Assembly: GCA_942491805.1 (NCBI GenBank)
Contig: CALOCG010000022.1
Coordinates: 60,240 to 124,239, forward strand
Direction: 5' to 3'
DNA from: Nitrospinota bacterium
Lineage (GTDB): Bacteria > Nitrospinota_A > UBA7883 > JADGGD01
DNA: 64,000 nucleotides
This document shows positions 59,172 through 64,000 of this stretch, piece by piece. A program made the position numbers and the translations under genes. Below the pieces are notes generated by a model. It searched no databases. It saw nothing but the letters and a program-made list of their open reading frames with translations, and was not told the DNA's origin. Positions within the stretch are counted from its first letter, which is position 1. The number at the start of each line of letters is the position of its first letter.

Positions 59172-59925
59172 AATTATTCTCCCTCAATTTCGGCAACAAG
59201 AAGGCGTTTAACTTCTGCTCGATAATCCGGGGGTTGTCGCCGTTGGTGATGGAGATGACCCCCTCGATGATCAGCTCTTTGATCATGTTCTCGTCGGCGG
59301 CCCGTTTTTTCAGTTTTCCCGCCATCGGCAGGAAGATCAGGTTGGCCATCAGAGCGCCGTAGAAGGTGGTAATAAGCGCGATGGCCATGGCCGGACCGAT
59401 GGTGGAGGGGTCGTCGAGCTTTTGGAGCATCAGCACGAGACCCACGAGAGTTCCGATCATCCCCATGGCCGGGGAGAAGGTCCCCAAGGTCTGCATCATC
59501 TCCATACCGAGCCGATGACGCTCTTTCACATACTCGGCTTCGGTCTCCATGATCTTCATGATCTGTTGCGGTTCGGTACCGTCGATGGCCAGCTGAATTC
59601 CTTTTTGCATGAAGGGCTCTTCCACCGATCCGACGACCGCCTGAAGGGCGAGGATGCCGTCTCGTCGAGCCCGTCCGGCGAAGTCGAGAATCTGGGGGAT
59701 CACCTCGCCGGGGGCGGTGGTCTTGTAAAAAACGGTTTTCATCATGATCGCGATGAAGGCGATCAGGTCTTTCATCGGATAGTTGACGGCGAAGGCGGCC
59801 ATGGTGCCGCCGATGACGATCAGAAACGAGGTGATGTCGATGAAGTACTTGAGCGAAGCCGGACCGATGGCGGCGCCGATGAGCCCGAGCCCACCGAGGA
59901 TGCCCAATATGGTGGTGATATCCAT
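59164..59925 (-). CDS. motA: Flagellar motor stator protein MotA/PomA
   Basis: 253 aa, four TM helices. MotA/TolQ/ExbB signature (GTLVGLVLMLQKL, ALITTFYGALMANLIFLP). Confidence 0.9.
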   Translation of the reverse strand: MDITTILGILGGLGLIGAAIGPASLKYFIDITSFLIVIGGTMAAFAVNYPMKDLIAFIAIMMKTVFYKTTAPGEVIPQILDFAGRARRDGILALQAVVGSVEEPFMQKGIQLAIDGTEPQQIMKIMETEAEYVKERHRLGMEMMQTLGTFSPAMGMIGTLVGLVLMLQKLDDPSTIGPAMAIALITTFYGALMANLIFLPMAGKLKKRAADENMIKELIIEGVISITNGDNPRIIEQKLNAFLLPKLRENNFD

Positions 59926-60208
59926 ACGTCCGTTCTTCTTCTTTACCGTTGCGCTGCGTCACAGTTCCGTCGCCCATAGGCGCCCGTGACGTCGCCATAG
60001 TCAAAAGCAATTATGGCGCCATGACCGAGAAAGACAAAATCGCCATTCTTCTGACGCCCCCTCGCTCAACGCACGATACGCTCGACCGGTTTCCCGTGAA
60101 GGAGTCCCGGCTTTTCACGAGAACCCCTCGCTTAAAACAGGTATACTCTCTAGCGTCGGCAACGAGGGGTTGCCGATCTTTCCGTACCTTCATTCTCCCT
60201 TCCGCAGC

Positions 60209-62448
60209 ATGACCGAAGAAAAACGACTGGGCCGTTACGAGATCGTCCGCGAACTTGGACGGGGGGGCATGGGGATCGTCCTCGAAGGACGCGACCCGAT
60301 GATCGACCGGCCGGTGGCGCTCAAAATCATCAAGCTCTCCGAAATGGGGAGCGCGATGGAGGAAAAGGAGCTCAAAGAGCGGTTCTTCATCGAAGCCAAA
60401 GCGGCCGGGCGTCTCATCCACCCCCACATCGTCACGATCTACGACGTCGGCGAGGAGGAGGGGAAGAGCTTCATGGCGATGGAGTTCGTCGAGGGAGAGG
60501 ACCTGGCCGGGATCATCACCGACGAAGGGCCGATCCCGCTGGCGCGGGCGGCCAAGATCGTCGCCCAGATCGCCGACGGACTCGCCTACGCCCACGAACA
60601 CCATATCGTCCACCGGGATATCAAGCCGGGGAACATCCTCATCACCCGCGGCGACCGGGTGAAAATCACCGATTTCGGTTTGGCCCGTCTCACCACCACG
60701 GCAGGGTCGGTGACCCAAACGGGTCACGCCGTCGGTTCCCCTTCCTACATGTCGCCGGAGCAGGTGCAAGGGCACGCCATCGACGGACGGTCCGATCTCT
60801 TTTCGCTGGGGGTCCTTTTCTACGAACTGGTCACGGGGAGACGCCCTTTCGTCGGGGAAGGGCTCACGAACATCATCTTCAAAATCATTCAGGACAATCC
60901 CCCTCTCGTCTCGACGGTGAATCCAAAACTCCCCAAATCGCTCGACCGGGTGGTCGAGAAGCTACTGGCCAAACGGCCCGACGAACGGTACCGGAACGGA
61001 CACGAAGTGGCCAACGCTTTGGCGCCCTTCACCGGCGCGGTGGAGGAAGAAGGGGAATTTGGCGCCACCATGGATATGGCGACCGCCGGGAAGACGATCG
61101 ATTTCGAGAGCGACAAGATCCTCGAATTCAGCCACGAACAGAAAAAGGGGAGTGGCGCTCTGATCGGTGGGGTGATCGTCGCCACCATGCTCCTCGTGGG
61201 GGGAACCTTCTACGCCATCAAGGAGAGCCGAACCGGCGCCCCGGCGCCGACCCCGACGCGCGTGGCCGAAACGGCCCCGACCCCGACCCCGACCTCGACG
61301 CCAACGCCAACGCCGACGCCGACGCCGACGGAAGAAGCGCCCGCCAAGGAGGCGGAAAAACCGGCGGTGGCGCAACCGGCCTCGCTGACGGTCACCCCGT
61401 CCGTGGCCGGGACGTTGTTCATCGACGGGACCAAGGTGGGGGATGCGCCAGTGAAGGGAATCGAGACGGTCGCCGGAAAGCACCAACTGAAGGTGACCGC
61501 CGACGGGTATGATCCGTGGGAGGTGGGGGTGGATTTGGCGCCGGGAGAAGAGGCCCGGTTCGCCCCGAAACTGACCTTGGCCCCGGCGAGCCTGATGATC
61601 ACTTCCACCCCCGCCGAAGTGGCGGTCTCCCTCGACGACAAACCGGTCGGGAAGACGCCGCTGGTCATCCCTTCGCTGAAACCGGGCGCGCATGCGCTCG
61701 TCCTTTCGGGGAAAGGATTGGTGGCGGCGAAACGGTCGGTCACCATCTCGGCCGAAGAACCGACCACGCTGGCGGTGACGATGACCGCCGATACCGGCAC
61801 GGTGGCGGTGGCCGGACCGAAGGGGGCCGCGATCTATATCGACGGCAAGAAGCAGGGGACGGCGCCGACCACGCTCACGCTCCTGTCGGGGGGCGCTATT
61901 CGCTGGCGCTGGCGAAAGAGGGCTACCACACCAAGTCGATCGCTACGGTGGTGGAACGGGGAAAGAAGGTGACGGTCGAAACGACCCTGGTCAAAAAGGG
62001 GTTCGGCTCGCTCAGGGTCACCTCGATTCCGTGGGCCGACGTTTGGGTCAACGGCGAAAAGATCGGCCCCACCCCCCGCACGATCGAGAAGGTGGAGGAG
62101 GGGGAGGTGAAGGTGGTTCTGAAAAACCCCGGCTATCGCCCTTGGACCACCACCGCCAAACTGGCCGCCGGAGCCACGGCGTCGGTCTCTCACACGTTCA
62201 CCGAATCCGAAGAGATCGACACCCCGAAAGAGAAGAAAAAAGCGGTCGAAATGGGGACGTTGCTGATCACCTCTACCCGGAGCGGGGTGGTCTTCATCGA
62301 CGGTCGTCACTACGGCGACACCCCGGTGAAAGCGGAAGAGGTGGCGGCGGGGGATAGAAAAGTGGTAATCAAGAGGGAAGGTTTGCCCGACTATACGCGA
62401 ACCGTAACCGTCGTCGGTGGCATCGTAACCCGACTTGCGGTGGAATAG
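60209..62448 (+). CDS. Ser/Thr protein kinase with a TM segment and C-terminal PEGA repeats, containing a frameshift in a G-run
   Basis: Hanks kinase motifs (GRGGMG, VALK, HRDIKPGN, DFGLA). TM helix. Thr/Pro linker (TPTPTSTPTPTPTPTPT). PEGA-like beta repeats continue in ORF 61516..62448 after a slip at GGGGGG 61888-61893. Confidence 0.8.
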
Positions 62449-62490
62449 TCCACCGCATCTTCCGCCGCCGTCGGCCTTAAGGATGACGGC

Positions 62491-63564
62491 ATGCGCTCTT
62501 TTCGACTGACACTCGTCTTCGCCCTGGCGGCTTTCTCGCTCTTTACGCTCCCCTCGTCAGCGTCGGCCGCCGACGTGTCGAACGCCCTCAAGAAGGGGGA
62601 GAAGCTCTACTACGAAGGGGAGTTCGGCGAGGCTTCCCGCCTCCTCTCCGAAGCGGCCGCCGCCGCCACCGACCCGGAGCAGAAACTGCGGGCCTGGACG
62701 ACGCTCGGCATGGTGAAGGTGGCCGAAGGGGACACCACCGCCGCCGAGACCGCTTTCCGCTGGGCTATCGAGCTCTCCCCCTCGCGCAAGCTGTCGACCA
62801 AAGAGTTCCCCCCGCAAGTGACCAGCCTCTACGACGCGGTCCGGGCTCGCACCGTCGGATCGGTCTCGATCCAGACCACCCCGTCGGACGCCAAGATCAG
62901 TCTCGACGGCAAGGTGGTGGGGCTCTCGCCGGTGTTGATCAACGACCTGGTGGTCGGCCCTCATCCGATCGTCATCGAGAAGGAGGGGTATCGCAAAGAA
63001 GAACGGACCTTGGTGGCCCGTCCGTCGGAGCGGGGGGTTTTCCATCTCGAGATGGTGGTGGCCGACGAACTGGCGCCGTTGGTAGAGCATACGCCGATGG
63101 TCGAGATGATCGAAGGACGTTCGGCCCGCATTCGGGTATCGGCCAGCGATAACCACGGGATCGCCCGGGCGATGTTGGCGTGGCGGGGGAACGCCGGGGG
63201 CGCCTTCAGCGAAACGGCGATGGAGCAGGTGGAGGCGGGGGTCTACGAAGGGGTCATCCCCCGCAACGAAGTCCTTCCCCCGTCGCTCGAATATTACATC
63301 GCCGTCACCGACGTCGGCGGCAACGTCACCTCCGACGGCGACGCCGAGCATCCCCACACCATGCGGGTGGAAGAGTTCGACAAGGAACCCCCCCACATCT
63401 TCCACAACCCGTTGCTGGCCACCTCCGACGCCAGCAAGATGATCATCCGGGCGCAGATCAAAGACAACAAAGGGCTGGCTTCCGTACGGATCGGCTACAA
63501 ACGTGATGAGGACCAAGGCTACATCGTCGAAAACGTCAAAGACGAGCGGGGAATAGAGGAATAG
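62491..63564 (+). CDS. Secreted TPR plus PEGA-domain protein
   Basis: Signal peptide MRSFRLTLVFALAAFSLFTLPSSASA. TPR-like helices, then a PEGA-like module. Confidence 0.6.
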   Translation: MRSFRLTLVFALAAFSLFTLPSSASAADVSNALKKGEKLYYEGEFGEASRLLSEAAAAATDPEQKLRAWTTLGMVKVAEGDTTAAETAFRWAIELSPSRKLSTKEFPPQVTSLYDAVRARTVGSVSIQTTPSDAKISLDGKVVGLSPVLINDLVVGPHPIVIEKEGYRKEERTLVARPSERGVFHLEMVVADELAPLVEHTPMVEMIEGRSARIRVSASDNHGIARAMLAWRGNAGGAFSETAMEQVEAGVYEGVIPRNEVLPPSLEYYIAVTDVGGNVTSDGDAEHPHTMRVEEFDKEPPHIFHNPLLATSDASKMIIRAQIKDNKGLASVRIGYKRDEDQGYIVENVKDERGIEE

Positions 63565-63568
63565 CACC

Positions 63569-64000
63569 GTGCAGATTCCCGACGTTTTTCTGGAAGCCGA
63601 CAAGATTCTCTACTATCTGGAAGCGGTCGATCAGGCCGGGAACGTCCAGTACGCCGGTCGCCCCGACGCCCCCAACCCGGTGACCGTGCTGAAGGTTTCG
63701 CCGAAAAAGGACGGCTACATCATCGACCGGACCGTCGAAAAGGACGGCGACCTGACCCGCGACGTGGTCATCAATCTCGGTACCATGAAAGGGGCGGCGA
63801 AGAATCAGATCTTCACCGTCTTCGCCGCCGACGATCAGGTGGTCGACCCGGAGACCGGCACGGTGCTGGCCGTGAACCAACGGATGACCGGGAAGGTGAA
63901 GGTGACCCTCCCCGGTCCCGCCTCCTCCCGCGCCCGGATCACCGAAGAGGATCGGGACTTCCCCATAGCCAAAGGAAACCTCATCCGCTTCCGCCCCAGC
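63569..64000 (+). CDS. Partial ORF. Either a frameshifted continuation of the preceding gene or an adjacent paralog; it runs off the right edge.
   Basis: Open frame from GTG 63569 to the window end. It contains KILYYLEAVDQAGNV, which resembles SLEYYIAVTDVGGNV in the preceding protein. Confidence 0.45.
   Translation, partial: MQIPDVFLEADKILYYLEAVDQAGNVQYAGRPDAPNPVTVLKVSPKKDGYIIDRTVEKDGDLTRDVVINLGTMKGAAKNQIFTVFAADDQVVDPETGTVLAVNQRMTGKVKVTLPGPASSRARITEEDRDFPIAKGNLIRFRPS

Noticed and set aside
1-64000. CRISPR arrays, rRNA or tRNA genes, IS elements or integrases.
   Set aside because: No regularly spaced direct repeats, no rRNA-like conserved blocks, no cloverleaf-like segments and no transposase or integrase ORFs were recognised by eye. 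tRNA detection by eye is unreliable, so this should be confirmed with tRNAscan.

Overview
This 64 kb window is a high-GC (about 65%) bacterial chromosomal segment, densely coded on both strands. From the left it carries:

- a type II secretion / type IV pilus core (gspF/pilC partial, gspE, pseudopilin);
- a cyclophilin lipoprotein, a methyltransferase, a TPR protein, a TfoX-like protein and secA;
- a complete phosphate-uptake and regulation locus (pstC, pstA, pstB, phoU, pstS, a divergent NptA-family Na/Pi symporter, phoR, phoB) next to a heavily degraded nadC;
- a tailoring-type cluster: B12-binding radical SAM, GT4 glycosyltransferase, two tandem radical-SAM/SPASM enzymes and an NAD-epimerase;
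- inside that cluster, a TcmP-like / three-Cys-motif (phage Gp37/Gp68, DUF5131) gene pair in which only the TcmP-like gene is strongly AT-rich and has its own sigma70-like promoter;
- a five-gene stressosome-like operon (globin-coupled RsbR, RsbS, RsbT, a kinase-PP2C fusion, PAS-GGDEF-EAL output);
- two tandem secreted paralogs, smc, thiL, a sodium/solute symporter, a methyltransferase, and a short low-GC islet with one orphan membrane coiled-coil protein;
- a large flagellar block (fliA, flhG, flhF, flhA, flhB, fliR, fliQ, fliP, fliO, fliN, fliM, fliL, two MotB paralogs, motA);
- a Ser/Thr kinase with PEGA repeats and further secreted TPR/PEGA proteins.

Single-base indels or an in-frame stop disrupt pstC, phoR, phoB, nadC (multiple), smc (amber), thiL, flhB, fliM and the kinase. 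At least two of these fall in homopolymer runs, so many are probably assembly errors, but the cluster of lesions in phoR-phoB-nadC is denser than elsewhere.

No rRNA, tRNA or CRISPR was recognised. Most long ORFs in the track that lie antisense to these genes are GC-rich frame artefacts. The best candidates for a novel system are the TcmP/three-Cys cassette with its neighbouring B12 and SPASM radical SAM enzymes, and the globin-coupled stressosome driving a c-di-GMP enzyme.
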